NCBI GenBank assembly: GCA_030141605.1
Contig: JAQGDQ010000385.1
Location: 124,001-188,000 of the forward strand
Reading direction: 5' to 3'
Length of the DNA stretch: 64,000 bases
From: Tubiluchus corallicola
Lineage: Eukaryota; Animalia; Priapulida
Below are positions 27,610 through 50,145 of the stretch, in pieces; position 1 is the stretch's first letter, and every line of letters starts with the position of its first letter. The notes below the pieces were generated by a model. It saw nothing but the letters and a program-made list of their open reading frames with translations. It had not been told where the DNA came from and did no database searches. The position numbers and the translations under genes are program-made.

Positions 27610-30600
27610 AAAACAGTAATGGCTTGTTTGGATGAAATCGATTCACAGAAAGACAAGTCTTTATTGGCTTCATTAGGAAAATCAAGATGCGATGTGACGA
27701 GTTTAGAAAGAATGAAAGCATCATTAGATTCGGAGGTAAACTATTCATTAGATGTCAAATCAAATGCTTCCTTTACAAGTTTTCATTTCGCATCCTCATA
27801 TAATTTCAGTTCTACTTTTGCACTTTTGATTTTATTTTTATTTTTTCAGGCACAGAAATTTTCTGATGATAAGCAGTCTGTTCTTACCATGATGAGAGAG
27901 ATAATTGACAGTTCACAGGTTTGTCTGTTTGTTTTATTTAATTATAGTCTTCTTAATTTAATTTTTAATTTATTACAATTTATTTAACTAATAAGCCTTC
28001 TCACAGTTTCGTAGTGCACATGTGCAGTCGACTTTAACACCTGAACTCTGTACTTAACACCTGGACTTTGTACTTAACACCTGAACTCTGTACTTAACAC
28101 CTGGACTTTGTACTTAACACCTGAACTCTGTACTTAACACCTGGACTTTGTACTTAACACCTGAACTCTGTACTTAACACCTGGACTTTGTACTTAACAC
28201 CTGATATTTGTACTTAACACTTGAACTTTGTACTTAACACCTGAATGTTGTACTTAACACCTGAACTTTGTACTTAACACCTGAATGTTGTACTTAACAC
28301 CTGAACTTTGTACTTAACACCTGAACTTTGTACTTAACACCTGAAATTTGTACTTAACACCTGAACTTTGTACTTAACACCTGAACTTGTTCGAGAGAGG
28401 CATTTTTATGCATCGTTCTTTCATTCCCAAACTGCACTAAGATTTTTAAGGTGATGTCTGCTAGCATTTTGTGGTGTATAATTAATGGGATGAATCTACA
28501 TTGGTAATTGTTTCTGGTATCGCTTCTGTACTCTGTGAGCTTTGTATATTTGAATTTTAAGTATTAACCAATGAATTACCCGTATTTTTGAACTAACCAT
28601 CTATGTAATTATATTCGTAAAGCAACCAGTTGTACGTATCTGTTCTTAACTAAAATGTATTTGTTGCAAATAGTGGAAATACTCCAATCAGTAATATTAC
28701 TGTTATGTTAATCCACTTAAATTAAATAAGGTTTATATATATTGTCTCTAGTCATTGCTCTCAGCTTTGAATAACATTTTATTCTACTTGCAGGGTACAT
28801 CTGCTTCACAATACCAGGCTGTATTCAATAAGATTATTACTCTGGCAGATCCAGTTCTTCTTTGTAGTTACCACATGAGTTTGTTGATCCAACATGTTCT
28901 CTCACAGGAACACAACTTTCCAAGGGAAATGTTGCTTGAGTTCATTAACTCTGGCTTGATAAACGCAAGGTATCAGTTCATAAAATAGACAGTGTTTGAA
29001 TAATTCCTTTGTTTTAAAGTATAAATTGTTACACCTCAAATTTACACTGTTCAAAAAGCAATGACTCGCTTTTAATGGTTCCCTTTCTGCCATTAGAGAA
29101 GTCACTAGTTTGAGTTGCATGTTTTTTGGATAATATGAAGATCTCTGTATGTAGTTACACTTTTGTGAAACATCATTGTCGGATATTGTAGAGTAAAGCA
29201 TGACTTTTTGGTTTAGATTTTTTTACTAAATCCAAAGAGGTGAAATGGTAAAAATTACTGTTACTGCAAAAGAACTACTTCAAAATACAGTAAGCGCCGC
29301 TTAATAGACTCACTTTGGGACAGAAGTATTTTGATCCAATTAACCGACTGATTCAATTAGCCGACAGATATAGTATATTACTACTATAGAAGTATGCGTC
29401 ATTGCAAAGGCTTTAAATAATTTTAGAAACAAATTAATGACAAGATTCCTGTGTGCAATTATTTAAAAGAATATTAATTTATATAAGTGAATTAATAAAA
29501 AAGAAAATAGAAATTGCAAAAATCTGATTATTACGACTAAAACTTACAAAACTTCATACAAGATCGGTTGTTTCATTTCTTCACGAACAAGTTGGTTTAT
29601 GAAATTCTCATAATGATAAAAACATTGAAAATCAGTTACTCTATAGTGTACATATTCACTCAGAACACCTAGTCACTTAGTGCTTGAGCTGCAGTTGGTG
29701 ATGACCTTGTTTCCCCTGTGAAAACAGCGGGAACTTTAAAGCCAGAACCGGTGGTCAAGTGATTAAATGTTTAGCTTCCAAAAACAACGAGGTTAATTGC
29801 AGTGGGCAAGCGGGTGATGGATTCAAAGCAAAACCGCTAAGCCAACATATTAGCACATATGATAAACACACTGTACTTGCTTACAAACAAAGCTGTATCT
29901 AACATGACTATTTCTATGTACATTATAGTGCACAAAATAGATGTACAGATGACATAAAAGCAGTAAAAGCTCTTTGGTCACACACAAGTGTCTAATTTTA
30001 AGTATGTGATTGAAAAATATTGAGTCAATTATGTCGAGTTATGTGGGTCAATTACCGACAGTTTTTAAATACATTTGAATAGGAGCGGCGGCCCGTTCCA
30101 GGCGTTTTTGAGTCAATTACCGACAGTTTTTATATACATTTGAATAGGAGTGCCCATACTATGTGTTTTTAAATAAATTAAGCGATTGAGTCTATTAACT
30201 GTGAGTCTAATAAACGGTGCCTAATGTAGTTGCAAGTTACTTTGGGAAAACTGACATTTGTAACACATTACTTTCATTAATCACTGAAAATATGTAACAT
30301 ATTGCTTCCTGTTTTCGTTCATAAAAATTCTTATGTTTGTTCAAAAGTAACAGGAACTCTAAAGGATTTTTAAAGGCGTCATTTTCTAACAGTAGATTCG
30401 TTTCTTCTATTTGCAGGTTGTTTCCTAATTTTATAGAAAAATTGTTAGAAAGGAGGGAAACTGTTCTGATCCATAAAGCCGTGTCCAGTATACCTGATAT
30501 GCCAGAGTCTTCAATCACCCAAATACTAAAGTTTTATCTCAGGTATTTAATTTAACAATGTTATCAGAAACTTGCCATCAGACAGCAGCTTTGACGTAAA

Positions 30601-33600
30601 GAAAAACAGGTGCTGTATTAATATTAACCACATTTTAGTAAATGCTGGAAGTGCATATGCTCATATGAGATGCACATGATGGTGAATTTCTAAATTTATA
30701 AGGAACGATGACAAAAAATTTGCTTTTAATCGTGAAAACTGTCACCAGGGTGCACTGCACTCATAATGAAACATTTCTTTTAAACGTTGTGAAAGGTATG
30801 ATATATGTAGCAGTGCACCTGTCGTTTGTATGCAATTTCAAATTCATTAAAGCCATAATGTTTTATCAGTTACTGCAATAAGCCTTTTCACAGTTTCCAG
30901 CGATTGATGATGATTCTGAAAAGGTCAAAGGTTGAGTGTACCAGACAACACATTTGTTTACACTTGACAACGCCTCGCAGCCCATGCTATTGTAATAGTA
31001 ACAGTTTTAACAGTTAGCTAGAATCTTACCTAGTTCATTTTTTCTTGCTCGCAAGTAAGATCCTGCTAGTAAATCACTCTACGCACAGACTAATGCACAA
31101 TTAAAGGAAGACCAGACGATTGTTTAGATTCAATCTCATTTTAATTCAGTGTCCAAAACATACATTTTCTTGCCTATAAAAGTTAGCAATCATTCCCTAT
31201 ATTTGAATATATAGTTTAGAAAGTTAATAAACGGCAACTGAACACAGCTATTGCTTACGTCAGAAGCTAACCACAGTTTGTGCAATGGCAGGCGTTTTCC
31301 TTTGTGCATCAAGCAAATTTGCGTAAGTGTTACAGTACTGCTTAAATGCGTGATTTCACGAAAAATGGGCTTTATATCATATGATGTCAAAAACTAACAC
31401 TGCAGTTCATGATCATGCTTATCAGAGTACCCCCTTCTATGTGTCGGCCAAAATGTGACAAAAAGGCACTGTTGCCAATCTTAGTAGATTCACTGGGCCG
31501 TGCGTAGTTTTGAAAGTTTAACGAAATTTGAGTATCTGAGGTAATTATTATTTAATGTAAGCTTTGATTTAAAAAAAGTTGTTGTAGTTTTCAATATTTT
31601 AGAGCATTCTTTATTCTGAACTAGTGTTTACACAATCAGCCGATTTTCCTCTTACTAAAGTTCACATAAAACAGGCGGCTTTGCTTTACTCATATGTCAC
31701 GTGATGGTTGTAGTTAAGACCTGTTGCTGTTGTACACTTAACCTTTGACCTAAGTAACTGCACGTGTGCACAACGAAACTGTGAAAAAGCTTATTGTATT
31801 ATTAAAGTCTCTTTAAACATTTTACCATCATGTCCTATAATTATTTTTATTTTATCTACAGTAGTGAAACAGATTGTTCGAATCTCATTTGCACAGCTGA
31901 TGATGTTGTAAATAACAATGTAGATGACAGTGCCGATACAGAGCACGCTCCGAGACGCCCTAAAGTAGCTCCAGTTGAACCGGGAAAAATTGTGGCTTTG
32001 TGAGTATTTTTCAGCTGCATTCACTTTAATTCAATTCACGCTAAGCAACGTGGTGTTTGGTTGTTGTGCGCATGTGGCCAGGCACACATGTCTGAGATAA
32101 AATGCTGTACTTTAGGTAGAAAAAGTACTGTCACTCACGCAGTGTGTTGTTAGTTGTCACGTGCATAAAGGCCATGTATCAGCATATTCTTGTATTGCGA
32201 GAATTTAGGCAATTCCTAAGCAAATAATATTTTTTTGTTTAGGATTTTATCAATTTTACGTATAAATTTTCGTACGTTTGTTTGTTTAAAATCACAATTA
32301 AAACATTAAAACTACATACGTTTGTTTCGTTTTACACGGTATTAAAACAATGGTTAAAATTTTTCTAAAGCAGCACCCCAACTAATTTTAGCTACGAGCT
32401 GCCACTGACTTTTTATAGGTAATATTTTATAGGTAACACTATAGTTTAACATTATAGTAACATTTTATAGTAACATTATTGTTAACATTATAGTAACATT
32501 TTATGATAACATTTTATAGTACATTATAGTAACATTTCATAGTAACACTATAACTTAACATTATAGTAACATTTTATAGTACACTGTAACTTAACATTAT
32601 AGGACCATTTTATAGTAACATTATAGTAACATTTCATAGTAACACTATAACTTAACATTATAGTAGCATTTTATAGTAACATTATAGTAACATTTTGTAA
32701 TATTTTATAGTAACACTATAGTAACATTTTACTTTTTTTCAGAGACCATTTGTTATGCATGGAATTTGACGATGCGCTTATTCTGAACAATTTACGGTTG
32801 CTGCAAACCGATGAAGTCATTGTGAGTATTTCATATTAGAACGTTTGTAAGATTTTCACAAGCTAAAACAAGAAAACACAGTTGAATTGATCTTCAAAAA
32901 TTGTCAGATCTCTAGTTTAAAACATAATATTCTGCGTATCCTAAAATATTATTTCGCATTCTAGTAAGAGTCTTTGACTTGTCATAGGAGGCATTTCCCA
33001 TGATTAACTGAAATTATTTTAATTGAAATTTCATCTTTTAGCTTTTTTTGAAGTACCTTATATGGAAAATGAGCAATTGTCCATTAGAAACGGAGAAGCC
33101 GGGAGTTCCTATGCTTCAACGGGTATCACTAATTATCATAATATCTAATTATTTAATAATCATCTACATGCAGTATAGTTTTGAATATTTGTTTTCATTT
33201 TTACCCGAGCCTGCGTGGACTATTGGAGTGTACAGCTACAGCCGCGACTGGGATATTCAAAATTCATTACATTTATATATGTCTAAATTCAGTATGCACT
33301 GCACGTATGTTACATCACTCTGTTTTAACCGTAGACTTTAATTGGAACCTGTTCAGTCATTGTTTTAATATTGTCCAAAATGAAACAAATATATAAAAAG
33401 AAAATTTAGTCAAAAAGAAACACTAAAAAAAATTTAGTCAAGAAGCACAACAGGGTCGGGCACTGCGTGATCGACACTGCTTTTTCTACCTAGCGTGCAG
33501 CTTCTTATCTCGCACATGTGCACATGGCCGCATGCACACAATAGCTAAACACCACGATGCTGGAACCGTGAAGTGCACTGTTCCACACAAGGATTTTTGT

Positions 33601-36600
33601 AATTTTTTCATGAACAAGGGAATGCCTACTGACATTAAGCTTAACAATTATATAATCTACAAGTATGAAGAAATAATTAAAGAAAAAAGACTCATTATAT
33701 TGAACATTATCGATAATATTGAGTGAAAATAGGGGGTGCTGGAGTGCCTGTACATGAGGCACCACTGATGACCATAATTAGTGTCTTTGCAGTTGGCTGA
33801 TATCAATTTTATAAACGATTCGCTAACATTAACGTATATTATTGACTTTTCTTTTACTCACAATATGAAAACTTTGCCTTAGTCACTTTATGAAAATCGC
33901 AATATGAAAACTTTTCCTTAGCCACTTTATGAAAATGACATTATGAAAACTTTGCCTTTGTCACTTTATGAAAATCGCAATATGAAAACTTTGCCTTAGC
34001 CACTTTATGAAAATCACATTATGAAAACTTTGCCTTTGTCACTTTATGAAAATCACATTATGAAAACTTTGCCTTTGCCACTTTATGAAAATCACATTAT
34101 GAAAACTTTGCCTTAGTCACTTTATGAAAATCACATTATGAAAACTTTGCCTTTGTCACTTTATGAAAATCACATTATGAAAACTTTGCCTTAGCCACTT
34201 TATGAAAATCACAATATGAAAACTTTGCCTTTGTCACTTTATGAAAATCACATTATGAAAACTTTGCCTTTGTCACTTTATGAAAATCACATATGAAAAC
34301 TTTGCCTTAGCTTGCACTTTATGAAAATCACATTATGAAAACTTTGCCTTAGCCACTTTATGAAAATTTTTGCCTTAGTCACTTTATGAAAATCACATTA
34401 TGAAAACTTTGCCTTAGCCACTTTATGAAAATCACATTATGAAAACTTTGCCTTTGTCACTTTATGAAAATCACATTATGAAACTTTTTGCACATGAAAA
34501 CTTTGCCTTTGTCACTTTATGAAAATCACATTATGAAAACTTTGCCTTAGCCACTTTATGAAAATCACATTATGAAAACTTTGCCTTTGTCACTTTATGA
34601 AAATCACATTATGAAAACTTTGCCTTAGCCACTTTATGAAAATCACATTATGAAAACTTTGCCTTTGTCACTTTATGAAAATCACATTATGAAAACTTTG
34701 CTTTAGTCACTTTATGAAAATCACATTATGAAAACTTTGCCTTAGTCACTTTATGAAAATCACATTATGAAAACTTTGCCTTTGTCACTTTATGAAAATC
34801 ACATTATGAAAACTTTGCCTTAGTCACTTTATGAAAATCACATTATGACATTTGCCTTTGTCACTTTATGAAAATCCATTATGAAAACTTTGCCTTTGTC
34901 ACTTTATGAAAATCACATTATGAAAACTTTGCCTTAGTCACTTTATGAAAATCACATTATGACAGTTTTGCCTTTGTCACTTTATGAAAATCGCATTATG
35001 AAAACTTTGCCTTTGTCACTTTATGAAAATCACATTATGAAAACTTTGCCTTAGTCACTTTATGAAAATCACATTATGACAGTTTTGCCTTTGTCACTTT
35101 ATGAAAATCGCATTATGAAAACTTTGCCTTTGTCACTTTATGAAAATCACATTATGAAAACTTTGCCTTAGTCACTTTATGAAAATCACATTATGACAGT
35201 TTTGCCTTTGTCACTTTATGAAAATCGCATTATGAAAACTTTGCCTTTGTCACTTTATGAAAATCACATTATGAAAACTTTGCCTTAGCCACTTTATGAA
35301 AATCACATTATGAAAACTTTGCCTTAGCCACTTTATGAAAATCACATTATGAAAACTTTGCCTTTGTCACTTTATGAAAATCACATTATGAAAACTTTGC
35401 CTTAGTCACTTTATGAAAATCACATTATGACAGTTTTGCCTTTGTCACTTTATGAAAATCGCATTATGAAAACTTTGCCTTTGTCACTTTATGAAAATCA
35501 CATTATGAAAACTTTGCCTTAGTCACTTTATGAAAATCACATTATGAAAACTTTGCCTTAGTCACTTTATGAAAATCGCATTATGAAAACTTTGCCTTTG
35601 TCACTTTATGAAAATCACATTATGAAAACTTTGCCTTAGTCACTTTATGAAAATCACATTATGACAGTTTTGCCTTTGTCACTTTATGAAAATCACATTA
35701 TGAAAACTTTGCCAAATGAAAGTCTTGTTTTAATTTCCTGTCTGCAAGTCATATGTCGTGTCGGCTAGTCAGCTCATATTCCTGTCTATTTTTCTTCTCA
35801 CTTAGTGACGTGTTTCGTCAAGGGATTTATATTTGATTATAGATATGCAGTTGGAGCAGTGCAGTATTAGACTCAAACTTTAGTCGTCTTGCCATGAAAC
35901 CAGAAGTTTACCCGCTTCTGCATCAAATGCGGGGTTATATAGCTAACCAGGTTTGTGAATTTATTATGTTAATGTTAACGGTCTTGTTAGTACACAGTAT
36001 AATCTGCTTATAACTAGTTTCAAGGGAATATGTAAATCTCCTTACTATAACCAAGATTCGTTATAGTCGAAGTCAACTGACGCCAAGCATATTGGTCAAT
36101 CATTCCGTCTCCACTGTGACATAAGCATGCTTATTGGTGTTCATTCAGGACATGCCACCGGATAACAGCTCTCTCTAGTGAACAATATGACAACTAATGT
36201 GTAATCAGCAGATAAAGTGATTGTACTTTTTCATTTACATAAATTTACAAGGCCACTGTTATTTTTATACAAAATTAAAACTTCAAGAAGCCAAAAATGA
36301 CTTTACAGTTTAAAGCGGAATGATGTAGCAACAAGGTTTCTAAGAACTACAAAATGCATTAAGATGAGTTCCTAGTCGGGTCGTTATTATAAAAGAACTA
36401 AGTCAATAAACCCCGCTTTAAGATAAATGGGCAACAAAATATGTTTACGAGTCTCTCTTGCCTTTGAATACATGAACATATCATACCTGCGATGTATTTT
36501 TTCTATATTTATCTGATTATTTGATCATCTGCAAGCTTTTATCTCACATTTTGTATTTTTCCAACTGTTTGTTAGGCTACCGAAATGGAATAAATTTGAT

Positions 36601-37336
36601 TGTTTTATCCCATAGACAATCTTGCCTCAGTAATAATAACATAAGTCCCAATGGCATCTTTTAACCATGATAATAACCAAAAAAGTGTAAATTTTTTTAT
36701 TTCAGGATACTAATATTACATTATATATAATGTAAATTTTAATCTTGTTAGGTTAAATTGTCCTTTTTTAAAGTTATCAAACAGTTATCTTTATCAAGCT
36801 TGCAAGATCATTACTAAGGTGATTTCTGTTAATAGGGCTTTTTCATAAACATAAATGCAGTAACAAAATTTCACTACGCAAGGCCAAAAAATTGTTGTTA
36901 AAATGATACGTGCGTCGTTAAGTGAATAAAATGTGTCAAAAGATCAGCGTCATACTCAAATTACTTTCACTGAGCAAAATATAACTAATTTAGAGGCGTC
37001 ATATTTGCTGTTTTGCATTAGAAATAACATTAGGAGTTAATAGAATTGTACTTCATGGATAAAACGAAATGCTTAACACAAAATATATCTGGGTTCTGTG
37101 AAATTCATATTACTAGCATTCGACTGTAAATGGTTTCGACAACCTACAACTATCTATATTCATATAACATGTTTGTTAATACAAGCATTTCACATTATTT
37201 TTGCTTTTTGCAGGTGGCTTTCTTTAACGACTTGAAGGGTTTGGAAGCCATGATGTATCAGTTACGTGATCAGTGCATTTTAAACCAAGACACGTTTGTT
37301 GGTCTTTACTGTATAGAAATTTTACATATAGAATAA
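27610..37336 (+). CDS. NOL11: Nucleolar protein 11, C-terminal half (9 exons, ~341 aa); N-terminal exons not recoverable
   Basis: GT-AG exons with consistent phases: 27610-27735, 27850-27918, 28794-28969, 30417-30542, 31862-31999, 32743-32821, 33042-33122, 35843-35950, 37214-37336. Peptides SLLASLGK, FPREMLLEFI, IPDMPES, LFLKYL, WSSAVLDSNF and GLYCIEIL match recalled human NOL11 SSLAGALGK, YPRNCLMQLI, FPDIPES, LFLKYL, WICLLLDANF and GLYSIEVL. Confidence 0.88.
28031..28388. repeat. 20-bp minisatellite (ACTTAACACCTGAACTTTGT), ~18 copies, NOL11 intron
   Basis: Directly visible; the first 8 units alternate two variants (40-bp period). Confidence 0.95.
29288..30226. mobile_element. Tc1/mariner-pogo (Tigger-like) MITE
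   Basis: TA|CAGTAAGCGCCGCTTAATAGACTCAC ... GTGAGTCTAATAAACGGTGCCTAATG|TA: imperfect TIRs and TA target duplication. Confidence 0.75.
30877..31794 (+). mobile_element. MITE family A copy interrupted by a family B insertion
   Basis: TIRs AATAAGCCTTTTCACAGTTTC / GAAACTGTGAAAAAGCTTATT; body matches 53127-53511 and, inverted, 58714-59094. Confidence 0.8.
31105..31653 (+). mobile_element. MITE family B (Kolobok-like) nested in family A
   Basis: TTAA|AGGAAGACCAGACGATTGT ... ACAATCAGCCGATTTTCCCT; sits at a TTAA that is uninterrupted in the 53.3 kb copy of family A. Confidence 0.7.
32410..32731. repeat. AT-rich 11-13 bp tandem repeat (TATAGTAACAT core)
   Basis: Directly visible; ends ~10 bp before the NOL11 acceptor at 32742. 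Confidence 0.9.
33455..33768 (+). mobile_element. Interspersed repeat (hAT-like MITE, partial), family C
   Basis: Aligns with 59650-59957 (GCGTGCAGCTTCTTATCTCG ... GAGTGAAAATAGGGGGTGCTG ... CCACTG). Confidence 0.65.
33861..35714. repeat. 39-bp satellite (ATGAAAACTTTGCCTTWGTCACTTTATGAAAATCACATT), ~47 copies, NOL11 intron
   Basis: Directly visible, highly homogeneous, no unique spacers. Confidence 0.97.
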
Positions 37337-37379
37337 ATGATTTAGCTTTTACGATTATACAATGAATTGTTGGTTTTCG

Positions 37380-38148
37380 ACTCGAGATCGGTAGGGGCGT
37401 GCGGGCCGCACTGGGTGACAACATCCTGGGGGTGACACCAAAAACATATTTCCTTTTTTTCGCAGGGGTAGGCTAAACTGTGATGGATTATATATACCTG
37501 TACTTTTACCAAACCTACTCTGGCATGTGACATAAAATGATTTCTCGTGATCTGTGTTTCTGTGACGTCATGTGAAAGAAGCTTTTCCAAGCTTAAACTA
37601 ATCAAAAACTTCTTGCGATTCACAATGAGGCAGTTAAGGCTATTTGATCTTGTGGTTTCACCAGTTGAAAGTGACTTGGCAGTTGATTTTAATGAAGTAA
37701 TTGACAAGTTTTCAGTAGTGAAGTCCAGGCAAAGAAAATTCTGATTGTTGGCATATAATTAGTAAATACAGAATTGTTTGTGTTTTAATGCTAGTTTCTT
37801 ATGATATTTCAACTAAGTCGTGTATTTTTATATGATAAAAAGTGTTACTTCAACGTTTATATATATCTCATATAAAAAATTAAAAAATATATAAAAAATA
37901 TTAACATTTTAAAATAAACATTGTCAATGTACTAACATGTTCTTAACACTTTAACTCAGTAGAATGGAAAACAAAATGATCTTGTCTAGATGATGTTTCT
38001 CCTAATCACCAGGTAGCAAGTGCTCTAGCTACCTACATAAGATATTATTAAAGGATTTTGTATGATACAGTATATGAGCTGCAATACACAGGTGACACCA
38101 ACCCTAGCGACGCCCCGGGTGACACCAATCCTAGCGACTTCCCCGGGC
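37380..38148 (+). mobile_element. Internally deleted hAT transposon retaining the transposase C-terminal dimerisation domain
   Basis: 37547-37744 encodes SCERSFSKLKLIKNFLRFTMRQLRL...DFNEVIDKF (hAT dimerisation motif). GC-rich ends with repeated GGGTGACACC motifs. Confidence 0.8.
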
Positions 38149-38373
38149 AATTGCTAATTGATGAACATTAATGATATTCAAACCAAGTAATTAACCGAGC
38201 ACGGACCCATAAGTTGAAGACATATATTAGAACACACACAAGGCAAGTTGTGAATAATCAAATATAAAAAAGAAATAACAAGAGTACGTTCTCAACAGTA
38301 TCAAAAATATTCTTATATTTTGCATCTTGGCCCAGCAACATTTTCACATTACATCATTGGCAACAGTAACCAC

Positions 38374-38548
38374 GTGTACAGTAAAGAGTACAAAGTTGCT
38401 GAATTCATTTATAAATGTGTACAGTAAGGAGTACAAAGTTGCTGAATTCATTTATAAATGTGTACAGTAAGGAGTACAAAGTTGCTGAATTCATTCATAA
38501 ATGTGTACAGTAAGGAATACAAAGTTGCTGAATTCATTCATAAATGTA
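38374..38548. repeat. 43-bp tandem repeat, ~4 copies
   Basis: GTGTACAGTAAGGAGTACAAAGTTGCTGAATTCATTTATAAAT repeated. Confidence 0.93.
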
Positions 38549-39940
38549 CTCAGTAGAGGGCAAACTGCTTGCAAAATTCAATGTAAATGTTTATCTGGAC
38601 TAAGATTAGTTACTGTTGGTTCATAAAGTGCATTAAAGGTCCAGGAATACTGAAACGTAGTGACACGATAAGAACGATCTACTCCATAGACATCATCTGC
38701 TGTTCCAGTAAATACGGCTTATTAACATGTTTATTGAGTGACGATTGATCAGGGTGCTGTAGCCATTATCAAACTATTAATCGCTCCAAAAAAGAATAAA
38801 CAATACATTAATGATACAGAGGCACAAACTGAAACTGCAAAACAACAGATTAGAATTTAACTTGTATAAATGAACGAGGTTGTAACGGAGGAAATGGCAG
38901 AAAATATAAAACAGAAGAAATTGTAGAGAAATGTAAAAATTTTACCTAACACATGAGAAGTATGAAAGAACACAACATAGTGAACAATTAGTCCAAGTTT
39001 ACTTAATGAAGAAACACAGCAGTAAACATTATAAGAATAAAACACAACTTCTACATTTTGCGCAATTTATAAGTGGGAACTACAATAAGGGAAACCAGCA
39101 ACATGTGAACGTGACACAGAGACGAAATCCACCAGGACCATTACAGAACCAGAAGATAGTCAAACAAATTTTTTTATATTTCTATGCAACTTCTCCCTCA
39201 TTCATTCTAGAGTGTTGTTTTGTAATTTCAATTTGTGCCTTTGTATCATTAACATAGTATTTATTCTTTTTTGGCTTCATAGTTTGATTATGGCTGCAGT
39301 AGACGAAATGATTGTCGCTCAGTAAACATCGTGATTCCTAAATACGTTGGCTCTTTCATGTATTAAAAGCTTATTAAACCTCTATTCCAGTTCAAAACTA
39401 AAACTTGAAACTGAATATGTGATTTCATCAGCAATTATTAGTGACGTGACACGTATTAAACTCGTACAAATCCACATTTATACAATACAAGAACCAGTGA
39501 CAGTATCACAGTAACTATAGTACTTCATTGTCTAATTTGGCTAAGTTCGGAGATATGCTATAAGCTTCTAATATCACAGTATTACTTACACTCACTGAAC
39601 TGACTGCACCATTGGAAATGTGCTAACCTACGGACATATTAAATAATTACAATTACGATTTGCATTAAAATCTGGGTGCTAGCAAATAATAACTTTTGCA
39701 AAATAAAATCAACAGTTACATACATCACTTGGGACTTAAATTAACAAAAATAACAACACAAGTGCACTTGTAGGCTCCAAAGGCTTTGATAAGTAAAATT
39801 ACTCAATGACGGAGTAAAATTAAATCAGGAAATTAAGCAAGGTTAATACAGCGTGTAATGACCATGGCATCATCACGCTTATCTACAAACTCTATTGTAA
39901 ATCTCGTAGGAATATGCAAAAACCACTTCTATTAAGCTAG

Positions 39941-40295
39941 TAGGGATGAGCATTGGACGTTCGAATAAGTTTTTTTAGCTCAAACTCAATTCAAACCTAA
40001 AATCATGGATTCAAATTATTCGCCATTGCAACTACAACAGGTCTTTATCAATAAGAACATTCGAAACATCGTGTAATTGACATAACTTAGCTGTAATTTC
40101 ACTAGACAAGTTTTAAACAAATTATTAGCGTTTTTACTGCAGAACAAAATCAAGCAATATGCATGAGCTTTGTGAGACGGCTTTTTATTAGTGATGCGAA
40201 AATCCGGTATCAAAAATGCCAAAATTCGGCCGGATTCGAATTTGAAACTCAAATTCTACACGAATACGCTTTCTGATAGAAAAAGCTCACCACTA
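39941..40295. mobile_element. Possible hAT-like MITE
   Basis: Ends TAGGGATGAGC ... GCTCACCACTA with repeated TTCGAA-type motifs; no clear TSD. Confidence 0.4.
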
Positions 40296-40494
40296 GTAGC
40301 CAATACCTTATTTAACTTACATACTTACACACTGTCACAGAGTTTGTGATTGCAAAATTATAACAAACCAGCATTGCATAGATTCTGTATATCTTATTCC
40401 CTGCATTCCTGACCAACACTGCATTATTGCAGATATGTAGTCATCACATTTTCAGCAGAAGATCATACATTAATTATTACAACAAAATCGAACG

Positions 40495-49736
<9,242 letters not shown>

Positions 49737-50024
49737 GATCCTTGAGTCTATAAAATAAATTAAATTTTAGGAGGAAAATTAACAAAAACCCGCTACCACC
49801 TCGACCTTACGCAATAAAAAGACGGGATTGGTGCATCACACAGTTTAGGCTTCTACCTCCTCTTAAAATAGTCCTAAAGTGAATTTCATTTATTTTTTTG
49901 TTTTTAAAATAAAATTGCACTGTGCCAATATTAATTACTGGACTTTTCTAAACAACTTGTAAGGCCAGAATTTTGCCTAGCTATATTATGTTACTTTATT
50001 TTTCATTCTGTTTTTGCTCATTAA

Positions 50025-50145
50025 TTTAATGTGACGTCTTCAGAGCTCAGGTCACGTGCTTGGGCTAGCAGTCAGATTGCACGGCATGTACGCATGCCCC
50101 GCGTTGTTAGTTACTGCATGTGTACCAGTTTCGTTGACCTGTGTT
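50025..50145. promoter_or_regulatory. Probable bidirectional promoter PRELID3 / HYDIN
   Basis: GC-richer patch between divergent start codons (49736 and 50957), with TGACGTC (50032), GTCACGTG (50051) and GCATGTACGCATGC (NRF1-like). Confidence 0.55.

Noticed and set aside
33861-35714. CRISPR-like regular repeat
   Set aside because: Head-to-tail units with no unique spacers, no cas genes, inside a eukaryotic intron. The same applies to the other arrays.
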